Below the pieces are notes generated by a model. It worked only from the letters and a program-made list of their open reading frames with translations. It did no database searches and had not been told where the DNA came from. 64,000 nucleotides of DNA from Verrucomicrobiales bacterium (GTDB lineage Bacteria; Verrucomicrobiota; Verrucomicrobiia; Verrucomicrobiales; V1-33): positions 1 through 64,000 of the forward strand of contig JANOAV010000040.1 of assembly GCA_031411295.1 (NCBI GenBank). The letters are read 5' to 3'. The position numbers and the translations under genes were made by a program. Shown here one piece after another: positions 47,393-56,754 of the stretch. The number at the start of each line of letters is the position of its first letter. The first letter of the stretch is position 1.

Positions 47393-48082
47393 TCACTCCG
47401 GCTCCCGGTAAATCGTGTGGACGCGGGCGGTCGCACTCACACGATACTCCTGCCCCTTGGGCGTGGCGCAATGATAGCGGGTGCGCAGCCGCTGCCCCCG
47501 CCGCAGGATCAATTTCCCGTCCAGCGAGAACAACGTTCCCTCCGCCAATTCCGCCACCATGGGTCGATGGTCCAGGGTATCATGCTGCCGCAACGCCAAT
47601 TGCAGGGCCGCATCCCGAGAACTGGAGGCATGCGGACCATGGCGGGCCTGCCGTTCGATGTGGGGGGCGAGATCCGCTGGAAAGAGTCCAGCTTGCAGCG
47701 CCCGGTGCAGTAAGTTGGCGAAAATGTGGCGCCACTCGCGACCGTGCGCGGCGGCTCGTTTCCCGTGCTGCTGGATGGTTACCGCATGGGCCAGCTCATG
47801 CAGCAGCGTGATGAGAAATTGATACCGATTCCCCGAGACATTCACCGTGACCTCAGAGAATTGCTCCCCCGCACGCTGCCGATGGTCCCCATGCTTGGTC
47901 CGACGCGCGCGCACCGGCGTGATCACGCAGTGCACCTCATGAAGAATTTCTTCGATGAAGCCCTGGGAACCCAAGTCCAAAAATGGTCGCAAGCGCAGCA
48001 TGGAAATTTCCCGCATACGCTCCGCCGCCGCCACCGGAATCGACGACGGCCCCCCTTGCAGATATCCACTCATGCCCAGCAC
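47393..48082 (-). CDS. SprT-like zinc metallopeptidase domain protein
   Basis: RRTKHGDHR, FLITLLHELAH (HExxH), AHGREWR; start uncertain. Confidence 0.82.
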   Translation of the reverse strand: MLGMSGYLQGGPSSIPVAAAERMREISMLRLRPFLDLGSQGFIEEILHEVHCVITPVRARRTKHGDHRQRAGEQFSEVTVNVSGNRYQFLITLLHELAHAVTIQQHGKRAAAHGREWRHIFANLLHRALQAGLFPADLAPHIERQARHGPHASSSRDAALQLALRQHDTLDHRPMVAELAEGTLFSLDGKLILRRGQRLRTRYHCATPKGQEYRVSATARVHTIYREPE

Positions 48083-48137
48083 CTCATTATGGTTCCAGCG
48101 TCACTGCGAATCCCCGCCCTGTCACGGGAAAAGTTAC

Positions 48138-49202
48138 TTACAACAAGAACCCTTCCCGCAGCGAATCAGCCGGATCAATGAAGAAAGAATGATGTCCTGT
48201 GATCGACGCACTGCCCTCAATCTCCGCCACAATAGCGCTGTAGGGCCCCACTGCCAGACCTGCCCGGGCCGGGCGGCCGGTAAACGTTCCTCCCATCAGG
48301 CCCTCCACGATATAGGCCTCCCCCAGATCAATCTCCCCGCGCGCATGCATCAGCGCCAGCCGACCACTCAATGCCGTGCCAGAAGGACTGCGGTCCACCG
48401 CCCCATCCGTGAAGACACAGACCTGGCGGGCCTGGGCCACCGAGTCCCGCCGTTTGGCCAATTCCTGGGTAAACACGACGCCGGAAAGCAAGCTCAACAA
48501 GGGTTCCGAGTGGTGCACGATTTTGGCCGCGTCCTCCACCACGGCAGCAATGGCCACGCCCATCTGCGTGATGTCGGTGATCCGCTCCGGCGTGATTTCC
48601 AAGCCGACCGAAGCCGCATCCACAAACGCATAGAACTCCCCACCGTAAGCCAAGTCATAGGTGATATGCCCGATGTTAGGCACCAGCGCGCGCAAGTTTT
48701 GTCCCACCACATAGGAGGGCACATTTTCAAAAAACACCCGCCGCACCCGATTCTCTTCCACCCGAGCATAGGCCCGAATCCGCCCCGCAGGGGTGTCAAA
48801 GCGCAACAGCGTCTCCGGGGCCTTCACCTCCACAATGCCTGCCTCCACACAGATCGTAGCCGCGGCCACAATGCCATGGGCGCTCATCGGGCAGATACCA
48901 CTGCGATGCAGGAACAACGTGCCGAAATTAGAATCCACCCGCTGCGGTGGCGTCAGCAGACATGCATACATGTCAGGATGTCCCCGGGGCTCCAGTAAAA
49001 TGGAACCGCGCAGATGATCCAGATGCTTGATGCTGTAGCGGCACTTATCGATCATCGTCACCCCCCGGGGCAGCGGATAGCCGCCCAGAACCAAGCGCAG
49101 CGGTTGCCCGCACACGTGGGCATCGATCGCTTCGATCTTCAGCCCGTGTGAAGGCAAAGCCCACTGATGCCAGTGGTGAGGTTCCAGATTCGTCGTTTCC
49201 AC
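48138..49202 (-). CDS. Proline racemase superfamily protein with atypical Ser/Ser active site
   Basis: IDAHVCGQPLR, LEPRGHPDMY, DTPAG, F.NVPSY, DLAYGGEFY, DRSPSGT, EIEGSA.ITG; GTG start at 49202 inferred. Confidence 0.88.
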   Translation of the reverse strand: METTNLEPHHWHQWALPSHGLKIEAIDAHVCGQPLRLVLGGYPLPRGVTMIDKCRYSIKHLDHLRGSILLEPRGHPDMYACLLTPPQRVDSNFGTLFLHRSGICPMSAHGIVAAATICVEAGIVEVKAPETLLRFDTPAGRIRAYARVEENRVRRVFFENVPSYVVGQNLRALVPNIGHITYDLAYGGEFYAFVDAASVGLEITPERITDITQMGVAIAAVVEDAAKIVHHSEPLLSLLSGVVFTQELAKRRDSVAQARQVCVFTDGAVDRSPSGTALSGRLALMHARGEIDLGEAYIVEGLMGGTFTGRPARAGLAVGPYSAIVAEIEGSASITGHHSFFIDPADSLREGFLL

Positions 49203-49245
49203 AATGATAAATTTACGCAGAGCGTTACGGCTCAGCGAGTTGGGA

Positions 49246-50340
49246 CTAACGTTCCACCCGCTTGCTACCACCACCCATTTCCTTCTCCACTTCACTCAGC
49301 GTGGCGAAGGAGGTATCCCCCGGCGTGGTCATCGCCAGCGCGCCATGCGCCGCACCATACTCCACTGCCTTAGCCGCATCGTTGTGCTTCAGGAAACCAT
49401 AGATCAGACCGCTGGCGAAGCTATCGCCACCGCCCACCCGATCCAGGATTTCCAGCCCATTGCGTTGCGCGGCCCGATGGAATTCGCCCGCGTGCCACAG
49501 GATCGCCCCCCAATCATTGATCGTGGCAGACTGCACCGTGCGCAGCGTGGTGGCCGCCACTTTGAAGTTAGGGAAATCTTTCACCGCCCGCTCGATCATG
49601 TTCTTGAAGCTCCCAATCTCAATCGTCGAGATGTGCTCATCCACCCCCTCCACTTCAAATCCTAACGAGGCCGTGAAATCCTCCTCATTCCCAATCATTA
49701 CGTCCACACTCTTGGCGATGCGACGGTTCACCTCCTGTGCCCGAGCCTTGCCGCCGATCCCCTTCCACAGGCTGGGCCGATAGTTCAAATCATAACTCAC
49801 AATCGTCCCATGTTTGCGCGCACATTCCACCGCCTCGATCACCACCTCAGGCGTGGTGTCGCTCAGCGCAGCGAAAATGCCGCCCGTATGGAACCAACGC
49901 ACCCCTTGTTTGCCGAAAATTTCCTCCCAATCCACATCGCCCGGCTTCATGTGACTGGCCGCCGTATTTCCCCGGTCCGGAATCCCCTTCGCCCCGCGGA
50001 TGCCATACCCTCGCTCCGTAAAATTCAGCCCATTCCGCACCGAACGCCCGATGCCATCATACGGCACCCATTGAATGTGGCGCGTATCCACCCCACCCTG
50101 CATGATGAAATCCTCCACCAAATGCCCCACATCATTATCCGCAAACGCCGTCACCACACTCGTGCGCAGACCGAAACATTTCCGCAACCCGCGCGCCACA
50201 TTATACTCGCCTCCGCCTTCCCAGACCTTGAATTCACGAGCACAGCGGATGCGCCCCTCACCCGGGTCCAGACGCAGCATGATTTCCCCCAGGGAAATGA
50301 GATCGTATTGGCAAGAGTCTGCGGATTTGAGCTGGAGCAT
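49246..50340 (-). CDS. kdgK: PfkB-family sugar kinase, 2-keto-3-deoxygluconate kinase-like
   Basis: SLGEIMLRLDP, GGGEYNVA, WFHTGGIFAAL, SYDLNYRPSLW, DRVGGGDSFASG. Confidence 0.88.
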   Translation of the reverse strand: MLQLKSADSCQYDLISLGEIMLRLDPGEGRIRCAREFKVWEGGGEYNVARGLRKCFGLRTSVVTAFADNDVGHLVEDFIMQGGVDTRHIQWVPYDGIGRSVRNGLNFTERGYGIRGAKGIPDRGNTAASHMKPGDVDWEEIFGKQGVRWFHTGGIFAALSDTTPEVVIEAVECARKHGTIVSYDLNYRPSLWKGIGGKARAQEVNRRIAKSVDVMIGNEEDFTASLGFEVEGVDEHISTIEIGSFKNMIERAVKDFPNFKVAATTLRTVQSATINDWGAILWHAGEFHRAAQRNGLEILDRVGGGDSFASGLIYGFLKHNDAAKAVEYGAAHGALAMTTPGDTSFATLSEVEKEMGGGSKRVER

Positions 50341-50493
50341 GGTAAAATTCAGGGTTGAGGATGGGGGAAAATGAAAAGTGAGAGCCCATTGCCTATATGA
50401 AATCCGCAGAGATTCAAGTTTTCAGATGCAAGAAATGTGAATAATTCCGACCGCTCTCGGCAGATGCGAAATCCCCGGCCATCCCGCAGCCAT

Positions 50494-50555
50494 CAGCATT
50501 ACCGAGCAGTGCGGCGGAGCAGACGCCTGCTCCGGCCACGAAGCGGTAAGTGCTG
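50494..50555. other. Long GC-rich intergenic hairpin
   Basis: CAGCATTACCG...CGGAGCAG-ACGC-CTGCTCCG...CGGTAAGTGCTG nested inverted repeats. Confidence 0.55.
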
Positions 50556-50569
50556 CGCGCGGCGGAGGG

Positions 50570-51232
50570 CTAATATTCCCCAAAGATCCGCCGCACGGCC
50601 AAGGCGAGCGCGGCGGCTAATTTCTCATGGTTCTCCGCGTCCAAATGGAGTGCGTCGATCTGGGTAGGCTCGACGAAATCCTGAGCATTTAAATAATTGA
50701 TCTGAAGCAATTGCGCGACGGCTTCATAGTGACGGGGTAGCTGTAGGGATTTCTCCCGCCCCTGGTCAAAGCGAACCGCCAAATCGGGCAGATCAAGCAT
50801 CTCGCCAACTGCCGCTGGACAGACCAGGAGCACCTGCGGGGCCTTACCGTCCGGGCCGGACGGGCTGCGCAAAATGAGTCGAGTGAGGGTCGCGACTCCC
50901 CCTGCAATGTCCTGCGGCGGCAGGGCCAGCATCGTTTTCAGATCGTTGGTTCCCAGCATGAGAATCACCAGATCAATGGGGGCATGGGTTTCCAGGACTA
51001 CAGGCAAGTGGGTCCGTCCGTTGCGGGAAGCTTCCGCTATGGGGTCTTCGTGCACGGTGGTGCGCCCATTCTGCCCCTCTTCCATCACTCGATACTGAGG
51101 CCCTAGCAGGGCGGCTAATTTTCCGGTCCAGCGCACCGACGGGGCATGGCGTATGGGCACGGGTGAGCTGCTGGAGGCGGCTGCGTTGTAGCCCCACGTA
51201 TTCGAATCACCGTAGCAGAGAATCGTCTTCAT
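50570..51232 (-). CDS. SGNH/GDSL hydrolase (arylesterase-like)
   Basis: ILCYGDSNTWG, EEGQNGRTT, LMLGTNDLK, DALHL. Confidence 0.9.
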   Translation of the reverse strand: MKTILCYGDSNTWGYNAAASSSSPVPIRHAPSVRWTGKLAALLGPQYRVMEEGQNGRTTVHEDPIAEASRNGRTHLPVVLETHAPIDLVILMLGTNDLKTMLALPPQDIAGGVATLTRLILRSPSGPDGKAPQVLLVCPAAVGEMLDLPDLAVRFDQGREKSLQLPRHYEAVAQLLQINYLNAQDFVEPTQIDALHLDAENHEKLAAALALAVRRIFGEY

Positions 51233-51272
51233 AGGGGCATATTCATGGCCACAAAGCGACTCTGTGCAAGCC

Positions 51273-52319
51273 TTAGCTGTGATGGGTGGGGAAGGAAATT
51301 CGCTGGGCTGCGGCATCCCAGTGGAACTCGGTCGTTAGGTCAGGTGCCGGACGGCCCAGCAATTGCCAAACGTTGGTCGAGACCATGGCGCAAGCGTTTG
51401 CCAGCGAAACCCGGCCGCAGCGCACCGCGTTTTCCAGGCCTTCTTTCAACCCAAGCGCGGCTCCCGCCAAATAAGGGGTGCCCAGCAATGACAATCGGCC
51501 CGCCGGACTCAACTCCACTTTGCCCCCGATGGACGCATCGTAAATGCCCGGCTGGCAACGCGCCGGGGCGGCGGCATCGCTCACTAGAATGAGCCGATCC
51601 AAGCCTTTGGCGCGCGGCAGCACCTGCATGACCGATTCCGGCAAATGGTGCCCATCATAGATTGCGCTGGCATACAGTGGATCCTCCGCCAGTTGATCCC
51701 AGATGACATTCGGATGTCGTGGCAGGAGGGCGGGAACCCCATTTCCCAAGTGGGTGCAAAGTCGAGCACCTGCAGAGATGGCTGCCTTAATCTGGGTGGA
51801 AGTGGCTAGGTGATGGCCCAGGGAAACGAGGATTCCTGCAGTGGTTAGTTGTTCGATCATCTTCAGTGCACCGGGCACTTCCGGGGCCAGGGTGACGATG
51901 CGAATGAGGCCATTCGCAGCCTCCTGAAGGCGTTGGAATTCATCCCATTGCGGCTCCCTGATCCACTCCACTGGATGCGCTCCACGGGCACCCTCCAGCG
52001 GTGAGATCCAGGGGCCTTCCAGATGAAATCCGAGCACCATGGCTCGGGCCTCCGCATCTTGAAGACATCCTTCCACCAGGCTTTGCAGCGCGCGCAGCAT
52101 TTGGGACGGGGACTGGGTGATGATGGTGGGACAGAAGCGCCTCACGCCTTCAGCGGCCAAGGATCGAGCCACGAAACTAACGCTCTCCGGTTGCGGATCT
52201 CTTGCGTTGAAATCCTGCCCGGCAAAGCCATTCACTTGTAAATCAACCCAGCCCGGACTGGTGTAGTTTCCAGAGGGAAAGGTGGCGAGGGATCTTACAT
52301 CAATGGGAGTGGCACTCAT
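51273..52319 (-). CDS. nagA: N-acetylglucosamine-6-phosphate deacetylase
   Basis: [23 protein letters not shown]...GAHP, VTLAPE, SLGH, THLGNG, DGHH, LVSDA. Confidence 0.88.
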   Translation of the reverse strand: MSATPIDVRSLATFPSGNYTSPGWVDLQVNGFAGQDFNARDPQPESVSFVARSLAAEGVRRFCPTIITQSPSQMLRALQSLVEGCLQDAEARAMVLGFHLEGPWISPLEGARGAHPVEWIREPQWDEFQRLQEAANGLIRIVTLAPEVPGALKMIEQLTTAGILVSLGHHLATSTQIKAAISAGARLCTHLGNGVPALLPRHPNVIWDQLAEDPLYASAIYDGHHLPESVMQVLPRAKGLDRLILVSDAAAPARCQPGIYDASIGGKVELSPAGRLSLLGTPYLAGAALGLKEGLENAVRCGRVSLANACAMVSTNVWQLLGRPAPDLTTEFHWDAAAQRISFPTHHS

Positions 52320-53053
52320 GCGAGGAGGCTGGCCGCAGGGGTATCGAGGAAGACGGTAACGTTGCCATGCGTCTGGAGAATTGACGCTGGCGCCAAGTTC
52401 GAGACCGGTCCCAGCAAGCAGGCCTGCACCGCCACGGCCTTGCGCTCATCCGGCACCGTGACGATAATGGCGCGGCTTTTCAGGATTTGGCGAATCGACA
52501 TGGAAATGGCTTGCGTGGGCACGGCTTCCAAGGTGGGGAACCAGCCTTCCCCCCACTGCTGCCGCCGACACGCTTCGTCCAGTGCAACCATCAAATACGG
52601 CTGTTCCGTGGAGAAATCGGCGGGCGGATCATTGAACGCCAAATGGCCGTTTTCACCAATCCCCACAAACGCCACGTCGATGGACTGGCCTGCAATCAGC
52701 GCACCGACCCGGCCACATTCTGCGGCGGCATCCGACTCCCCATTTAAATAATGGAAGCCCGCCAACGGCAAGGGCAGTTGCGACACGAAACGCTCCCATA
52801 AATATTTCCGGAACGATGCCGGATGGTCCAACGGAAGGCCCACATACTCGTCCAGATGAAAGGCCGTCACCCGATTCCACGCGAGGTCCGGTTGCGCCAC
52901 CAGAGCGGCCAGCATTTCGAACTGACTAGCACCCGTGGCGACGATGATCGTGGCTTCCCCGCGTGCTGCGAGGGCCTGACGAATTAGCTTGGCTCCGGCC
53001 TCCGCTGCGGCCAGTCCCATGCTCGTTTTGTTGCTGAATATTTTGCTGTCCAT
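52316..53053 (-). CDS. nagB: Glucosamine-6-phosphate deaminase family protein
   Basis: [42 protein letters not shown]; 4-bp overlap with nagA. Confidence 0.88.
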   Translation of the reverse strand: MDSKIFSNKTSMGLAAAEAGAKLIRQALAARGEATIIVATGASQFEMLAALVAQPDLAWNRVTAFHLDEYVGLPLDHPASFRKYLWERFVSQLPLPLAGFHYLNGESDAAAECGRVGALIAGQSIDVAFVGIGENGHLAFNDPPADFSTEQPYLMVALDEACRRQQWGEGWFPTLEAVPTQAISMSIRQILKSRAIIVTVPDERKAVAVQACLLGPVSNLAPASILQTHGNVTVFLDTPAASLLA

Positions 53054-53149
53054 CCCTCCTTAGTAAAAAATTTCGCGTTGGTATGCAACGGAGAAACCTA
53101 CCGCCAAAAATCATTTGCGTCCGCCGCCGCCACCACCAACTATCACGGC

Positions 53150-53455
53150 ATGTTATCCCATATCGTTACCTTCTATACCCGCCCCGAACTGCCTAACGCC
53201 GCCGATGATCTCATCGCGGGATGTCATGAATACCTCAGCAAGATCCCCGGCATCATCCATTTCCATGTGGGCAAAATGGTCCCCAGCGAGCGGCCAGTAG
53301 TCAGCCAGGAGTATCAGGTGGGGCTGAATCTGATCGTGGCCGACAAGGCGACGGAGCAAGCTTATCAGGTGCATCCGTTGCATTTGGAATTCATCGACAA
53401 AGTCTTCAAGCCCTGCTGTCACAAAGCAGTGATCTTCGATTTTGCATCGGAGTAG
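53150..53455 (+). CDS. Dabb (stress-responsive A/B barrel) family protein
   Basis: HIVTF, IPGI, YQVHPLHLEF, FDF motifs. Confidence 0.82.
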   Translation: MLSHIVTFYTRPELPNAADDLIAGCHEYLSKIPGIIHFHVGKMVPSERPVVSQEYQVGLNLIVADKATEQAYQVHPLHLEFIDKVFKPCCHKAVIFDFASE

Positions 53456-53608
53456 CAATTAGGGGAAGACTTTGGCTCTTAAGAGCCCGGATTCCCGCAT
53501 AAATCGCCTGAAAAATGGTTGACCACTCCGAAAGAAACGGAATTTTAACCACGTATTTCTCTGGACTTTCCCTCCAGAGTCGCAGAAGGACACCTCAACA
53601 TCTCAGCC

Positions 53609-54109
53609 ATGAAATTTTCCATTAACCGCCTCTTCCGTTCAGCCAGCCTCTGTGGCTTGGCCTTGTCCGCCGTGTCTTGCGTAAGCGGACCGCCTTACCA
53701 GCCGGACGGCAACGTCTTTATCAATGATCGGAAGCCCAAATACGGCTATCAAGGCACCAATAGTCCGACGGCGGATCCAGCAGCCCAAAGCGATAAGCCC
53801 AGGGATGACCGTGGAGAAGATCCTTCCAAGCTGCATGGTAATGGGGCAGACACTGGCGAAAAGCCCAAATCGGATGAACCCAAGCCCGATAAACCGGTGA
53901 CCGATCCTGCGACCAATCCTCCTGTAGATGAACCCAAACCCAAGCCCGCTCCCACCGCCAATCTGCCATTCGGCACGCCGGTGATCGGGAAACGCGGGTT
54001 TGTTTACAGCCCCTACGCTCCCGCCCAGGGGATGGTCGATGTGAGTGACATCCCCAGCGGCACCAAAGTGGAGTGTCCTTACACGAAAAAAATCTTCCGC
54101 GTGCCGTAG
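53609..54109 (+). CDS. Hypothetical lipoprotein with Pro/charged linker and a small C-terminal domain
   Basis: Lipobox AVSC; C-terminal PV.GK.GFVYSPY..VDV..IPSGTKV.CPYT.KIFRVP. Confidence 0.78.
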   Translation: MKFSINRLFRSASLCGLALSAVSCVSGPPYQPDGNVFINDRKPKYGYQGTNSPTADPAAQSDKPRDDRGEDPSKLHGNGADTGEKPKSDEPKPDKPVTDPATNPPVDEPKPKPAPTANLPFGTPVIGKRGFVYSPYAPAQGMVDVSDIPSGTKVECPYTKKIFRVP

Positions 54110-54142
54110 CCTGACGCAGACTTGACGTCGGCGTTTGATCTC

Positions 54143-54997
54143 ATGCTAGTAGAATCCATCGCAGTGCTCGGTCCCGGGCTTCTCGGCGGCAGCATTTTAC
54201 ACGATGCGATGCGGTTGGGTGTGCCTTCAGTGCGAGCTTATGCCCGCCGTTTGGAGGTGTGCCAGGAGATTGATCGACTTTGCCTGGCCCACATAGCCAC
54301 CACGGATCTGGCTAGAGCGGTCCAGGGGGCATCGTTGATCGTGCTGGCATCCCCAGTGGGCACTTACCCACAGTTGGTGGAGAATTTGCTAAGCTGCCCG
54401 CTGGCGGATGACGTGCTCATTACCGATGTTGGCAGTGTCAAGGGGATGGTCCTGGCCACCGCTGGCAAATTATGTCGCGCGGCGGGACGCACGTTTATTG
54501 GGAGCCATCCCATGGCCGGATCTGAAGCCAAAGGGCTGCTGGCCAGTCGTGCGCGGTTGTTTGAGCAGGCGGCTTGCATCCTCACGCCGGAGAGCGATAC
54601 GCCACCTCCAGCCCTGGTCAGTTTAACGCAGTTTTGGACGGACTTGGGGTGCCGGGTGTCCACCATGGACGCGGCCCGCCACGACCAGGTGGTGGCGCGG
54701 ATTAGCCACATGCCCCATTTGGCGGCAGTGGCAGTAACCCTGGCCGCTCTGGGGGAGGATCCTGACATTGCGCAATTTGCCGCAGGCGGCCTGCGGGATA
54801 CCACCCGGGTGGCTTCGGGGGATCCTGAGATGTGGCGTGAAATCTTACTGGAGAATCGTCCGGCCGTGCTCGCGGCAGGACGGGATTTGCAACAGAAATT
54901 GGCCGCGTTGCTTAGTTGGCTGGAAACTCAGGAGGAAGCGCCACTGGTCCAGGCCCTAGCAACCGCCAAGCAACTCCGGGATCAGCGTTATGCTTGA
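54143..54997 (+). CDS. tyrA: Prephenate/arogenate dehydrogenase
   Basis: GPGLLGGS, TDVGSVK, GSHPMAGSE, HD..VA.ISHMPH, GGLRDTTRVASGDPEMW. Confidence 0.92.
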   Translation: MLVESIAVLGPGLLGGSILHDAMRLGVPSVRAYARRLEVCQEIDRLCLAHIATTDLARAVQGASLIVLASPVGTYPQLVENLLSCPLADDVLITDVGSVKGMVLATAGKLCRAAGRTFIGSHPMAGSEAKGLLASRARLFEQAACILTPESDTPPPALVSLTQFWTDLGCRVSTMDAARHDQVVARISHMPHLAAVAVTLAALGEDPDIAQFAAGGLRDTTRVASGDPEMWREILLENRPAVLAAGRDLQQKLAALLSWLETQEEAPLVQALATAKQLRDQRYA

Positions 54998-55109
54998 CGA
55001 GGGGGCAATTTCGTAGTTGCAACCACCGGGGTAAAAGCCGAACTCCCGCTGCGCCAGCCAGTTAGTCTGCTGCGAGTTTCCCTCTCTTCCCCAAACATCC
55101 ATTTTCACC

Positions 55110-56453
55110 ATGTCTGAATACCGAGTTCGTCGAGCCAAATCCATCACCGCAGAAATTCGCGTTCCGGGCGACAAGTCCATTTCGCACCGGGCGGTCATGT
55201 TCTCTGCCTTGGCAAATGGGGTTAGTCGCGTCACGGGTTTCCTGGCCAGTGAAGATTGCCTTTCCACCATGGAATGCATGCGCCGTATGGGAGTAACCAT
55301 CCTGGCTTTCGATGCGGCGGGTCATCCCTGGCAAGCCACGGATGACCAGGGACAGCACCTGCCCGGCCCCACCAGTTTGGAAATTCATGGCTGCGGCATG
55401 CAATTGCAGGCTCCCACGCAGGATCTTGATTGCGGCAATTCCGGCACCACCATGCGATTGCTGGCGGGCATCGTGGCAGCGCAACCATTTGCCAGTCGCA
55501 TGATCGGGGATGCATCCCTGTCACGCCGCCCGATGAAACGCATCATGGACCCGCTGAGTCAGATGGGCGCGGATATTCGTTCCGAGAGCAACAACGGGTG
55601 TGCGCCCCTGCTTGTTACCGGTGGGAAGCTCAAGCCCATTAATTACACCCTGCCCGTGGCCAGCGCTCAAGTGAAGAGTGCGGTGTTGCTAGCAGGCCTC
55701 TTTGCCGATGGCGAAACGACGGTGGTGGAACCCACCATCACGCGCGACCATACGGAAACAATGCTCAAGTATTTCGGAGTCACCACGGTGCGCCAAGAAC
55801 AGAATATAAGCGTGCAGGGCGGTCAGATCCCGCAAGCCCGAGATTTTCAAGTGCCGGGTGATATTTCCAGCGCAGCCTTCTGGGCGGTGGCCGCAGCGGC
55901 TCAGCCGGGGGCGACCCTGACGATCGCGGACGTGGGATTGAATTCCACGCGCACCGGAGTGTTGGCGGTCTTGCAGCGCATGGGCGCGGACATCACCATT
56001 GTTCCCCATAGCAAGGATCAAGCGGAACCCATGGGGACCGTTACCATCAGAGGCGGCACGCTCCAGGCAACCGTGATTGAAGGTGCGGAGATCCCAAACG
56101 TGATCGACGAGCTACCGGTGCTGGCAGTCGCTGCCGCCTTGGCTCAAGGGCGCACGATCATCCGTGATGCGGGAGAACTGCGGAACAAGGAATCCGACCG
56201 CATAACCTGCGTGGCCACCAACCTGCTGGCCATGGGCGGACAAGTGAAGGAACTTCCCGACGGGATGGAAATCGAAGGTGGCAGCCCCTTGCACGGTGCT
56301 CGCGTAACCAGTTACGGGGATCATCGGATCGCCATGGCATTCGCCATTGCCGGGCTCTTTGCCGATGGCGAAACCATCGTGGAAGATGTTGACTGCGTGG
56401 CTACCAGTTACCCGGGCTTCGATACCCACTTGGCGCTGGTCAGTCAATCCTAA
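55110..56453 (+). CDS. aroA: 3-phosphoshikimate 1-carboxyvinyltransferase (EPSP synthase)
   Basis: VPGDKSISHRA, DCGNSGTTMRL, GDASLSRRPM, ASAQVKSA, RDHTE, PGDISSA, ELRNKESDRI, DHRIAMAF. Confidence 0.97.
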   Translation: MSEYRVRRAKSITAEIRVPGDKSISHRAVMFSALANGVSRVTGFLASEDCLSTMECMRRMGVTILAFDAAGHPWQATDDQGQHLPGPTSLEIHGCGMQLQAPTQDLDCGNSGTTMRLLAGIVAAQPFASRMIGDASLSRRPMKRIMDPLSQMGADIRSESNNGCAPLLVTGGKLKPINYTLPVASAQVKSAVLLAGLFADGETTVVEPTITRDHTETMLKYFGVTTVRQEQNISVQGGQIPQARDFQVPGDISSAAFWAVAAAAQPGATLTIADVGLNSTRTGVLAVLQRMGADITIVPHSKDQAEPMGTVTIRGGTLQATVIEGAEIPNVIDELPVLAVAAALAQGRTIIRDAGELRNKESDRITCVATNLLAMGGQVKELPDGMEIEGGSPLHGARVTSYGDHRIAMAFAIAGLFADGETIVEDVDCVATSYPGFDTHLALVSQS

Positions 56454-56754
56454 CACAGATTGATTCCCCCGCCGACCCTTTGGTTAGACCCTCTGGTGCA
56501 AGCCATGAGAACTCACCGGACGTCGTGCTGCGGAGGCCGCAGTCCATGATAGCGCTGCCCATATTTACTATTCCTTGCTGCCGTCGCCTGGCCCGGATTT
56601 GAATTTCTCTGAAGCGAAGTGCTGCCCAATGGAAAGTCGAGCTAAAAATCCCTCGTCATACTTTCCCATTTCGGGCTTAAGGAATTAGCCGACTTAGAGT
56701 TGCACCTCCTAGGTCTCCCCCACCCTTTTCCATTCCTTCAAGCAGATCCGTCCC

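Noticed and set aside
47955..48998. 347-aa + strand ORF and other long antisense ORFs (e.g. 10655-11566, 17019-17984, 61800-62741)
   Set aside because: Shadow frames opposite motif-supported genes in GC-rich DNA; no motifs of their own.
53474..53579. Palindrome GGCTCTTAAGAGCC and small hairpins upstream of the lipoprotein gene as an ncRNA or riboswitch
   Set aside because: Short, unconnected stems with no riboswitch or tRNA consensus I can recognise.
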